Shown one piece after another: positions 18,455-27,119 of a stretch of DNA of 37,727 nucleotides. The position numbers and the translations under genes are program-made. The notes below the pieces were generated by a model that saw only the letters and a program-made list of their open reading frames with translations, was not told the origin of the DNA and searched no databases. Each line of letters begins with the position of its first letter. Position 1 is the first letter of the stretch. The DNA comes from an uncultured bacterium (GTDB taxonomy: Bacteria > Margulisbacteria > WOR-1 > JAKLHX01). The stretch lies in the NCBI GenBank assembly GCA_937950635.1, contig CALFCX010000106.1:1-37727 (forward strand), read 5' to 3'.

Positions 18455-19405
18455 CTACACATTGAAATCTATTATCTCAAACGCATTCGTCTTTTTCTGG
18501 CCCATATGTTCCACAGTTACCATCTCATTCCGAAACGGTTTTCTCTTCCAATATCTGAAGAACTCATCTGCTCCTTTAAATATTGAGAATATCCTGTTAA
18601 AAGTCTCCCCAGATCTTTTCATTATTTGCGGTATTTCCTTAAACTCAAACGGAAACACATCAAAGAGGCCAGGATTTATTATCCTTACTGCTATTTTGTT
18701 CTTTATATAGATATCGCCATTTATATGCCTGTTTATTTGCGAAAATGAAGTTGTTAACTCAAGGCACTGCATAAATATGCTCATCATGTTCTTTCTGTTA
18801 AAGTCGCCTTTTAGCTGTCCGCTATAGCCTAAGTCGCAAGCTATTACCCTTTTTACACCAGGTATCTTTGCCGCAACAGTTATCGGGCAATTTTCCCTGA
18901 TTCCACCGTCAGCAAGAGCTGCTACTTTGCCATTGATCTTCATCTTTTTGGGCTTAAATATGACAGGGAACGATATTGATGCTTCAAGGGCTTCCGAAAG
19001 AAGCATATTCTTGTCATAGCCGAACACTATTAGCTTTCCCGTATTAAGGTCAGTCGTAGTGATATATGCCGGTTTCTTAAGATCCTTGAATGTCTTGCCG
19101 GTAAAGCCACCCTCTTTTGCAATGTGTTTTATTGCTTCCTTTGACTCGAACATTCCGGCTCTTGAGAAAATATCTACTGATAACAGCTGCGGCCATATAT
19201 GTTTTTTGACAAAGTGAAGCGATATTTCCTTAACCTTCTGCGGATCGTCATAGAGCCCGAGAAGGACGGCAAATACTGCACCTATAGAGGTTCCAATAAA
19301 GACATCAGGAATATATCCGCGGGAATATAATTCTTCGGCCATTGAGATGTGTGCTGCGCCTTTGACGAAACCGCCTGACAGGACGAGGGCAAGCTTGTTA
19401 TGCAT
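18455..19405 (-). CDS. patatin-like phospholipase
   Basis: SGGFVKG oxyanion/Gly-rich loop, GTSIG nucleophile elbow (Ser about residue 40) and a downstream LADGGIREN (DGG catalytic Asp) motif. Confidence 0.85.
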   Translation of the reverse strand: MHNKLALVLSGGFVKGAAHISMAEELYSRGYIPDVFIGTSIGAVFAVLLGLYDDPQKVKEISLHFVKKHIWPQLLSVDIFSRAGMFESKEAIKHIAKEGGFTGKTFKDLKKPAYITTTDLNTGKLIVFGYDKNMLLSEALEASISFPVIFKPKKMKINGKVAALADGGIRENCPITVAAKIPGVKRVIACDLGYSGQLKGDFNRKNMMSIFMQCLELTTSFSQINRHINGDIYIKNKIAVRIINPGLFDVFPFEFKEIPQIMKRSGETFNRIFSIFKGADEFFRYWKRKPFRNEMVTVEHMGQKKTNAFEIIDFNV

Positions 19406-19856
19406 TCCTAACTACCCGCAATATCTTGTCTTCCGGTTTTACATTTTCATTTAATTCAGCCAATTGCTTTAACGAGATATATATTTCTCCGGCTTTGGTT
19501 TGCTTCCGATGCTTTAAAGAAATCCACGGTCTTATTCCGTCACCGTTGTAAATCTCATCAAATTCACCATCATCGTTTATTCTAAGAACGAGCAATAACT
19601 CATACTCCCCGTTTATTTCGACTCCTTTGCCTTGGGTCGTTTTTATTTGGATTTTTCTACCATTAATTTCGCCATCATATCTGGGGTGAGAATTCTTAAA
19701 GAGTTTAATTCCATATTTTTCAGCAGCATAAACTTCTCCAAGGCTACCAACCATGTGCCCATCTGGAGTAAATGATCTATTTGGATATTTTTTACGCAAT
19801 TCAGATACAATTGAATATATCTCTCTTATAAGAGTCGACACGCCATTGTTTTTCAA
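19398..19856 (-). CDS. 152-aa hypothetical protein, possible minimal PD-(D/E)xK-like fold
   Basis: FTPDGHMVGSLGEVYAAEKYGIKL ... YDGEINGRKIQIKTTQGKG follows a pattern I recall from a small conserved family of unknown function (possibly annotated DUF6998; I cannot verify that here). It overlaps the patatin gene by 8 nt. Confidence 0.55.
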   Translation of the reverse strand: MKNNGVSTLIREIYSIVSELRKKYPNRSFTPDGHMVGSLGEVYAAEKYGIKLFKNSHPRYDGEINGRKIQIKTTQGKGVEINGEYELLLVLRINDDGEFDEIYNGDGIRPWISLKHRKQTKAGEIYISLKQLAELNENVKPEDKILRVVRNA

Positions 19857-19860
19857 GGTA

Positions 19861-20865
19861 TTATCCAGCGTTTTCTTTTTTCCGAGTTCTGCCCCAGTTA
19901 ATTTTCCTCATACGAGTCATTATTTCCTCAACTAAAGGCTTAAGATTTTTCAAGATATTATCCAAGTCGTCCGAATCTATCTGGTTTGGGACCAAATCTA
20001 TTTGGGAATATACCTTTGTCCACGATTTGCCCCACTTGTCGGTATATTTAAACTCGAGGCCTTGGTCATTCAATGCTCTTTTTGCAAGATACATCTGCCT
20101 TTTTATTTTGTTTGCGCGTTTACGTGTCCTCTTATCCTTAAGCCATCCTTTGCCCCATTCGAGATGAAATCCAATTTCGCACGGTTTTGTTATACTACCC
20201 CTTTTTCTTTTTCTCAAATGGACTTCAAAATGAAGACGAGAATTTCCGTCAATCTCCTTGAAGCTTATTAAATGGGCTCTCTTTTGCCATATATCAAGCT
20301 TATTACCCAATTCAGAAGATATGATCTTATCTTCAATTGCATCAATCAGTTGTTTTTTATCGTATTTCTTTCTAATCCGAATACTTATGGGCCTTGCTTC
20401 TTTTTGTTCAATGCATCTTGCTTTCTTAGCGAATATAATTCCGATTGAATCTCCAAAATCACCAATATTTTTTAGCATGAGAGTCGCAGGCTCAATAAGC
20501 TTTTCCTTGAATTTAATAGGTAAAATGACATAAAATCGCACTTTAATTGCGCGATTTTCCAAGAATTGCGAAAAATCTGTCAAATGCAGATTTGCCGCTT
20601 TTGAAATATTATCGAGAAAATCATATCCGTTTTCCTGAAGCATAGAGATATATGCAATCAATTGGCCTACTGCATGTCCTACGGAAGCAATTCTCTTAGC
20701 ATATTTGCCTTCGGCAACATAAAAGCTCTTTTCATCTCTGTTATATGCAAGAAGATCAAGCTTCCCACCAGCGAACCTAAATTCACTGCTTGCAAACACA
20801 CATTTCTTCTTCCTTTCAAAGAAATTCTTGCCTGGATAATTAAGCTGTTGATCTTCTATTCCCAT
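19861..20865 (-). CDS. 334-aa hypothetical protein with an N-terminal PD-(D/E)xK nuclease-like motif
   Basis: GGKLDLLAYNRDEKSFYVAEGKYAKR fits D-x(n)-E-x-K. The C-terminal half is highly basic. GGAGGG lies upstream of the ATG, and a 4-nt gap separates it from the next gene. Confidence 0.55.
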   Translation of the reverse strand: MGIEDQQLNYPGKNFFERKKKCVFASSEFRFAGGKLDLLAYNRDEKSFYVAEGKYAKRIASVGHAVGQLIAYISMLQENGYDFLDNISKAANLHLTDFSQFLENRAIKVRFYVILPIKFKEKLIEPATLMLKNIGDFGDSIGIIFAKKARCIEQKEARPISIRIRKKYDKKQLIDAIEDKIISSELGNKLDIWQKRAHLISFKEIDGNSRLHFEVHLRKRKRGSITKPCEIGFHLEWGKGWLKDKRTRKRANKIKRQMYLAKRALNDQGLEFKYTDKWGKSWTKVYSQIDLVPNQIDSDDLDNILKNLKPLVEEIMTRMRKINWGRTRKKENAG

Positions 20866-20884
20866 TTATAAGTTCCCTCCATTT

Positions 20885-23644
20885 CTATTTCACCAAATAC
20901 CCCTTAAAACTATAATCTCCAATTTCTCCCAATAAGTTGACGATCATATTAATCATCTCTTTGTGTTCCTGTGCTTTGGGCTTTACAGCATCAAGTATTT
21001 TTACAAAATAGTCATGAAACCCAAAATATAGGCGGTTATTCTTTTTGCTTGCCAGCAGCAGTTCATATGCTAGTTTCAAAGCTTCTTTTGGATGATCCCC
21101 GATATTCTTAATCAGGTATTCATAATATCCGTTTTGATGAAATACCTTCCCTTTAACTTTGATGCTTTTTTCAATAAGATCAAATAGCTCAACTATCGAT
21201 TCAGGAAGCCACTTCAGCCACTGAACGAATGAACCAACTTCTTCGTCATCAATCTTTTCTAATCGATATTTCCACAAAGCTTTAAGTTTTATCCAAACAT
21301 CTTTTTCCAACGGCTCCTTATCAAATGCTGATCCAATGAACCATATCGCATGACTTCGTACATCAGACGGTGCTTTTTCAAAGAATAATTGGACCAATCC
21401 ATTTTTATCATTGAGATTCTCAAGCCCTCTTATGAGCGCAATCATTATATGTTCGGCAAGCCGCATATTCTCTTGTTTTTCCGTATGTTTGCTTTCTTTT
21501 GTAATTGTTTCGACAGCTATTTTATAATTGCTCCTCAAGAGTTTAAACAAAATATCATAGAATCTGCTAAACAATACATATCCTTGCCAATCTGCCTCCC
21601 AGTACTGATATTTATTTTTGTCTGATGGAAACAATAGTCCTTTTTCAATGCTTTTCTTTATCCATTCCTGATCTAAATAGTAAAGATATTGAAAATATCT
21701 GCCGAATGTTGAGTGGACTGCTGGGCTCAATTCATTATTCATCCTGTTCTCAAGGAATGATTTAACATCACATTCATATATTTTTTCGCCTGGGGGAAAC
21801 GGGCCCTTGTCTTTTTCTGCTTCTTTATCCACTTTGATCCTTGCTACTCTAAGAGCATATAAAATAAGCGCTTCTAGGGCTTTCCCTCTGTTGCAATTGA
21901 TCGCTTCTGTTACGTAGTCAGTATTGCGATCATTCTTGTCAATTTCCGGATTTGGGTCCTTTTCGGCTATATGGAACAAGATGCTTTTTATTTTTGGTAA
22001 ATAAGTATCATCTATTACATGTTTATCAGTCCTAAGTGCCTCCCCGAGCAGATCAGCAATTGCGCCTTCTGTCCACGAAAAACGACCATAATCAAAACTG
22101 TCTTTCCTGTTAAGTTCAGGATCAACATCTTCTCTTTTTTGCATCAGTTCACATAACCTTAATACAGAATCCCATGAGAATGTTTTTCCTTCCCGCCATG
22201 CATCATGAAGTGCTCTAAGCAGATTTGATACATAAGCAGGATAAATGCCTTCTTCAGCGAATCTTTCTGCAATAGCAGCATATGGTTCCGGACTATCTTT
22301 AACAACATCACCAATTAACCTGGCGAGCCCCTCCGGTGTAGGCTGCCAATGTCCTCCTGAAGGTTTGAATTCATTCTTTAGATAATCGACCAGCTCATTC
22401 GCACTCAGTCGTTTTATCTCTTCAATAGTCATCGGGCTTGTCGGGCCTTCCCAGCTTGTGATCCCTTCTTGTTTATCAGATCTATTCCATGCATCTATTT
22501 CGTCTTTGTACTTTTCAACTATTGAATGATATTCACTTAAATTATTATCATTCGATATAACTGATGATATTTTGTATAATCGCGCTATTATCCAGCGATC
22601 AATAAACTTCGCGGTCGTTTTCCATCTAGCACCATGCTGGATCATCTTTAATATTTTCTTCTTTGCTTCTAAAGGCAGTTTTTCAAAATATTCAGAATAT
22701 AAGATTTCGTATTCAGGCAGCTTTTCATATGATTCAAATAATTCCTCATTTGTCAGTATTTGCTCATAAAGCTCTGTAATATTGCATTGCCTTGATACAT
22801 ATATCGCAATTCTTTTATATATCGAATATTTCATGGATAGGTACTTTTCGATAACCTCAAGAGCCATATTGCTATCTTTGTTATGATATTTGATGAGCGT
22901 ATCTCGCAATATATCCACAAAGATGTTTTCAGCGTCATCAAAAGAGTAATTTTGTTTACTATCACCAATAGATGGCCGCCATATGCTCGAAACATCATCC
23001 TGATATCCGTTTTTGCTTATTTGTATCGCTTCATTAAGCCGCTTTTCAATTATTTCAAGCACTTTACCAGGATTATGCTCAACAAGAACCGGCAGATATT
23101 TGGCCATAAGTTCTTCTTTGTAATAATAGAAATCAAACCTCAGACTTGTATTAATGTGCTTCTTTTTGCTTGGCTTACTTAGGATATCAAACAATGCAAA
23201 AGCCGATTCATAATCTTTTGCTTCAATAAACTTGCCAAGCAGATCAATCGAATATTTATCCCCAATATCAAACACGCTTGAATCGAACCACTTGTCAATG
23301 TTCGGCAGTAACTGCTTTGCATATTCTGATGGTAATTTAAGCGTTATCTGAAAGCATAGATCCAAAGCATTCCAATTTTCATTTGTATTAAGATTCTGTA
23401 ATAACTCGACCACCTTGCCTGGCACTTTATCTGCAACTTTTAGAATGTAATAGCCAGGCCACCATGGTGGAGATTGCACCGTGTTTTCGTCTTTGTCTTT
23501 TATTTTTATTGGCACTTTTGACAACATATTATTTTCATTGAGAAAATCAAACCATCCTGGCTTGTCCAAGTGCAAAAAGAAATACTGAAAAGCTGTTGGC
23601 TTTTGCAGTAGCTTAACAATCTCTTTCTTGTTTACTGTATTCAT
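20885..23644 (-). CDS. 919-aa all-helical-looking protein of unknown function (no catalytic motif found by eye)
   Basis: This is a long uninterrupted ORF whose start overlaps the stop of the 226-aa gene (ATGA). I saw no Walker A, HExxH, DEAD or PD-(D/E)xK motif. Its W/Y/K/E-rich composition looks like helical repeats. Confidence 0.65.
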   Translation of the reverse strand: MNTVNKKEIVKLLQKPTAFQYFFLHLDKPGWFDFLNENNMLSKVPIKIKDKDENTVQSPPWWPGYYILKVADKVPGKVVELLQNLNTNENWNALDLCFQITLKLPSEYAKQLLPNIDKWFDSSVFDIGDKYSIDLLGKFIEAKDYESAFALFDILSKPSKKKHINTSLRFDFYYYKEELMAKYLPVLVEHNPGKVLEIIEKRLNEAIQISKNGYQDDVSSIWRPSIGDSKQNYSFDDAENIFVDILRDTLIKYHNKDSNMALEVIEKYLSMKYSIYKRIAIYVSRQCNITELYEQILTNEELFESYEKLPEYEILYSEYFEKLPLEAKKKILKMIQHGARWKTTAKFIDRWIIARLYKISSVISNDNNLSEYHSIVEKYKDEIDAWNRSDKQEGITSWEGPTSPMTIEEIKRLSANELVDYLKNEFKPSGGHWQPTPEGLARLIGDVVKDSPEPYAAIAERFAEEGIYPAYVSNLLRALHDAWREGKTFSWDSVLRLCELMQKREDVDPELNRKDSFDYGRFSWTEGAIADLLGEALRTDKHVIDDTYLPKIKSILFHIAEKDPNPEIDKNDRNTDYVTEAINCNRGKALEALILYALRVARIKVDKEAEKDKGPFPPGEKIYECDVKSFLENRMNNELSPAVHSTFGRYFQYLYYLDQEWIKKSIEKGLLFPSDKNKYQYWEADWQGYVLFSRFYDILFKLLRSNYKIAVETITKESKHTEKQENMRLAEHIMIALIRGLENLNDKNGLVQLFFEKAPSDVRSHAIWFIGSAFDKEPLEKDVWIKLKALWKYRLEKIDDEEVGSFVQWLKWLPESIVELFDLIEKSIKVKGKVFHQNGYYEYLIKNIGDHPKEALKLAYELLLASKKNNRLYFGFHDYFVKILDAVKPKAQEHKEMINMIVNLLGEIGDYSFKGYLVK

Positions 23645-24321
23645 TCTTTAGGTGGTTGCTCCATAGCTAACAGTGGATCAATTTTCGGAATATCGTCTTC
23701 AACTAATTTATGTAATAACGAAGCTAGACAATCCTTGAACTCTTGCCATTTTTCAGCAAATATATTGCTATCAATATCATTTTGTCTATGGTGAACGCAT
23801 TTGCCAACAAAATAGTCATTGCACTTAGCTAGTTTTTGCGAATATCCTTCGATAACTTCTTTTGGATAGCCGGGGTGCCTCGTTTCATATAAAGATATGA
23901 GTTTCTGTTTTAAATTTATTTTCCCTCTTAGCAGCAGTCGCTTAAGCGCATCATATTTTCTTTGAACAAACGATACAACATCGTTTTTCTCTTCCTTTTC
24001 ATCAGAAAGAGGCATTCCTTGAAGCATAGCGTTGAATTCCTTATCAAGTGCCACCATGGCTTTTTCTTCTGCACTTGTGAATTTTGTTTCATTGATAGTA
24101 TCCTCACACAATACAGCGATTAATTCCCTGGCAGAATGTGCGGCATGGGAATATCTCTCAGGATTGTGATCATCTTTTAAAACTCTCAACGCAGCAAGAA
24201 AGCTATCGAATTGTTTGGTATTTATTTTGCGAAGCGATTCCAATATCGCTTTTTCCTGTGAATCACAATCCCTATCTTCATTAAATTCCGGCCATTGTAC
24301 GACCAATAACTCTTCCATCAT
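23641..24321 (-). CDS. 226-aa helical protein of unknown function (weak HEPN-like R-x5-H)
   Basis: Its start overlaps the hsdS stop (ATGA). The ERYSHAAHSAREL segment contains an R-x5-H spacing compatible with HEPN, which is weak evidence. Confidence 0.6.
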   Translation of the reverse strand: MMEELLVVQWPEFNEDRDCDSQEKAILESLRKINTKQFDSFLAALRVLKDDHNPERYSHAAHSARELIAVLCEDTINETKFTSAEEKAMVALDKEFNAMLQGMPLSDEKEEKNDVVSFVQRKYDALKRLLLRGKINLKQKLISLYETRHPGYPKEVIEGYSQKLAKCNDYFVGKCVHHRQNDIDSNIFAEKWQEFKDCLASLLHKLVEDDIPKIDPLLAMEQPPKE

Positions 24322-25691
24322 TCTCCCTCAAACGCCTCTCTAAGCACCGCCTGCATAAGCTGCTCGGACTGATCTTTGCAATCTTTTATCTGAACTTCTA
24401 ATTCATCTATCATAGCCATAATTTTATCCACCCTATCCACAATTGCCTTTTGTTCATCAAGAGGAGGCAGTGGAATCAAGAAATTGGACAACAAATTTAA
24501 ATTCAACCCTTTATATGCAATACCTCTCAAGTTTTTACCAATTTCATAATTAAAGAATGGAGAAGTTAAAACATTAAGGATGTAGTGATTCATATCTCTA
24601 TCATGCAATACAATCAAGGAAACCTCTCTCGCAATATTGAAGCCCTTATGTTCTTTCGTAGTAATTGCACAACCTCCTAATGTTCCTCGAACATTTAATA
24701 ATATCTCACCTCCCGACAAGATTGTTCTTGAATATTTCGTAGATATATTATTAGATACTTTTCTTATTGAAGCTCCATCTATATATCTAAAACGGACATC
24801 GCTACATCTCAAAGCATAAACGCCATCATGTTTCGGTTCATCACCCATTTTTACTATTCCGTATGTGATAGGTCTTCGTAAGTCGACAAGTTGATTTAAC
24901 TTGCACCACACCCACCCCTCCGGCAATTCAAAAGGTTTCTCATCATCAGAAATTGGCGGAAGCGACTTATCTTTCTTGATCTTGCCTCCTTTGATCAATC
25001 GTTCCTTCTCCGCCTTTATCTTTTCAAGCAATTTAGATGCGTGATTTTCACCACTGATAAGATCAAGATGTTCTTTGCGCCATTTAGCGGTCAGTTTGCC
25101 TTCGATGGCTTCTTGGAGGATGGATTGGCGTAAATTATTTAAATGCAACAACTGATTAGATATGTCCGAATCTATGTCTGATACAATTGATTGAATTTTC
25201 GCAACTCTCTCAACTAATTGAGTTTGTTTTTGATAACCTATAGCAGGAATATCTATCTCGCACAAATTGTCATAGCTCAATGCATTTCTTACGCCGCCTT
25301 TATTTCCATACCAGTTTATGAGGTGATGGCCAAAGTCGCTTTTAAGATATAAGAAAAGAAAATCGGGATTTAAATCTGCCTTTGTCTTAAATACAACGTA
25401 AGCAGGACTAACGCACCCTTTCAAACCAGAGTTATTGAACCCTATAGATCCAACATTGATTCTATAAGGATTATATGCAAAACAGCCTTTGTCTATAGCA
25501 ATATAATTTGAGACATCCTTACTCGTTCTTTTCCCTGTAACAACAATTCCTTCTGTATTTGTTACACCATAAACGAGGTTGTAAGAAGAAGACTTTTTAT
25601 CTGCGACAGATTCTTTAACTGGCTCAATAAAGTCGCCTAATTTTGTTGTTTTAAATGTTATTCTGGTTCTTTTCCATTCAACCATTACCAA
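24318..25691 (-). CDS. hsdS: type I restriction-modification specificity subunit HsdS
   Basis: Two target-recognition halves each end in a conserved helix (LNNLRQSILQEAIEGKL and SEQLMQAVLREAFEGE), with the IPLPPLDEQKAIV motif. It overlaps hsdM by 14 nt. Confidence 0.88.
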   Translation of the reverse strand: MVMVEWKRTRITFKTTKLGDFIEPVKESVADKKSSSYNLVYGVTNTEGIVVTGKRTSKDVSNYIAIDKGCFAYNPYRINVGSIGFNNSGLKGCVSPAYVVFKTKADLNPDFLFLYLKSDFGHHLINWYGNKGGVRNALSYDNLCEIDIPAIGYQKQTQLVERVAKIQSIVSDIDSDISNQLLHLNNLRQSILQEAIEGKLTAKWRKEHLDLISGENHASKLLEKIKAEKERLIKGGKIKKDKSLPPISDDEKPFELPEGWVWCKLNQLVDLRRPITYGIVKMGDEPKHDGVYALRCSDVRFRYIDGASIRKVSNNISTKYSRTILSGGEILLNVRGTLGGCAITTKEHKGFNIAREVSLIVLHDRDMNHYILNVLTSPFFNYEIGKNLRGIAYKGLNLNLLSNFLIPLPPLDEQKAIVDRVDKIMAMIDELEVQIKDCKDQSEQLMQAVLREAFEGE

Positions 25692-27111
25692 GTTCCCTTT
25701 TCAACTTATCAAGCAGCTCATCGCTTTTGCGGAACGAATCATGGATCATATTTACCAGTTCAACACTCGAATAGAATTTGTCTTCTTCAGGAATATGAGG
25801 ATTTTTAATATCAAGATTATATCCGTTTGAAATAATTGAATCGATTGAGACTTTCCATGCCTGCTCATTTTCTTTTCGTTTCTTCCACCATTTCTTAAGG
25901 TCTTCGAATTCGCTTTTCTGGATCGGTTTTGTTTTGCTGTATGCTTTAACGCCTTCCGGTAGTTTATGCTCCCAATACCAGATTTCTTTTGTCGGTTTTC
26001 CTTTCTCGAAGAATAATAGATTAGTCGCCACGCTTGCGTACGGTTGAAAAACAGAATTAGGAAGGCGTATTATCGTATGAACATTGCATGTTTCAAGAAA
26101 ATGCTGTCTTATGCGTTGTTTTACCCCATCGCCTGTCAATGAGCCGTCAGGAAGCACTATACCCGCACGCCCACCGTCTTTTAGATAACGGATCATAAGC
26201 AAGAGAAATAGATCGGCGCTTTCTGTTGTGCGGAAGTTCACGGGATAGTTTGTTTCAACGCCATCGGTAACTGAAGCACCAAACGGAGGATTTGTCAGGA
26301 TAACATCAACTCTGTCTTTTTGTCCGATTGAAGTATATTCGCGGTTTAAGCTATCCGTATAATCGATATTGGGGACTTCAATATCGTGCAATATCAGATT
26401 TGTCACGCATAACATGAACGGAAGCGGCTTTAGCTCCATTCCATGGATAGTTTTTTCCAATGTCTTTAGGTCTTTTACCCCCTTGATGTCCTGCTTGCGA
26501 ATATTCTCGATTGCGCTTGTCAAAAAACCTCCGGTACCGCATGCAGGATCAAGAATTATCTCTCCTAAACGAGGATTAATCATTTCTGTAATAAATTCCG
26601 TGATCGCGCGAGGTGTATAAAATTCTCCATAATTTCCCGCGCTTTGAAGGTCGCGCAGGATGGTCTCATAGATATCGCCAAAAACATGCCGGTCTTCAGA
26701 ACTATTAAAATCAATCTGATTAAGCTCATTCAGCACCTGTCGGATAATGGTTCCGTTTTTCATGTAGTTATTAGTGCCGTCAAATATCTCGCGAATGATT
26801 AAGGCTCTTTTGCCCCCAGAACTTATGTCGAGATTCTTCAATTGAGGAATGAGTTTGCCGTCAACAAACTCTTTAAGTTCTTCTCCGGTCATCCCCTCAT
26901 CATCAGCGGCCCAATTACGCCATTGCAGTTTCTTTGGAATCGGGGAAACGTATTTATCATTTAGCAATTCAAGCTCTTTATCTTTGTCATCTAATATTTT
27001 TAAGCTTATCAACCAGCCAAGCTGTTCGATTCTTTGTGCATCGCCTGACACGCCGGGATCTTTGCGCATGATATTCTGAAGTGTCCTTATTATGTTTCCA
27101 ATATTTTTCAT
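25678..27111 (-). CDS. hsdM: type I restriction-modification DNA methyltransferase HsdM (N6-adenine)
   Basis: HsdM N-terminal domain (LISLKILDDKD), GEFYTPR, AdoMet motif DPACGTGGFL and the catalytic NPPFG. Confidence 0.92.
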   Translation of the reverse strand: MKNIGNIIRTLQNIMRKDPGVSGDAQRIEQLGWLISLKILDDKDKELELLNDKYVSPIPKKLQWRNWAADDEGMTGEELKEFVDGKLIPQLKNLDISSGGKRALIIREIFDGTNNYMKNGTIIRQVLNELNQIDFNSSEDRHVFGDIYETILRDLQSAGNYGEFYTPRAITEFITEMINPRLGEIILDPACGTGGFLTSAIENIRKQDIKGVKDLKTLEKTIHGMELKPLPFMLCVTNLILHDIEVPNIDYTDSLNREYTSIGQKDRVDVILTNPPFGASVTDGVETNYPVNFRTTESADLFLLLMIRYLKDGGRAGIVLPDGSLTGDGVKQRIRQHFLETCNVHTIIRLPNSVFQPYASVATNLLFFEKGKPTKEIWYWEHKLPEGVKAYSKTKPIQKSEFEDLKKWWKKRKENEQAWKVSIDSIISNGYNLDIKNPHIPEEDKFYSSVELVNMIHDSFRKSDELLDKLKRELGNG

Positions 27112-27119
27112 TTATTATC

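Noticed and set aside
18455-19405. CBASS system, suggested by the patatin (CapV-like) effector
   Set aside because: No CD-NTase/cyclase, E1/E2/JAB or HORMA/TRIP13 gene is present in the island. The patatin neighbours are small unknown proteins.
24318-25691. Type I hsdS shufflon or phase-variable specificity switch as the explanation for the inverted repeats
   Set aside because: There is only one hsdS gene and no silent hsdS fragments. The inverted repeats lie outside the whole operon rather than within hsdS.
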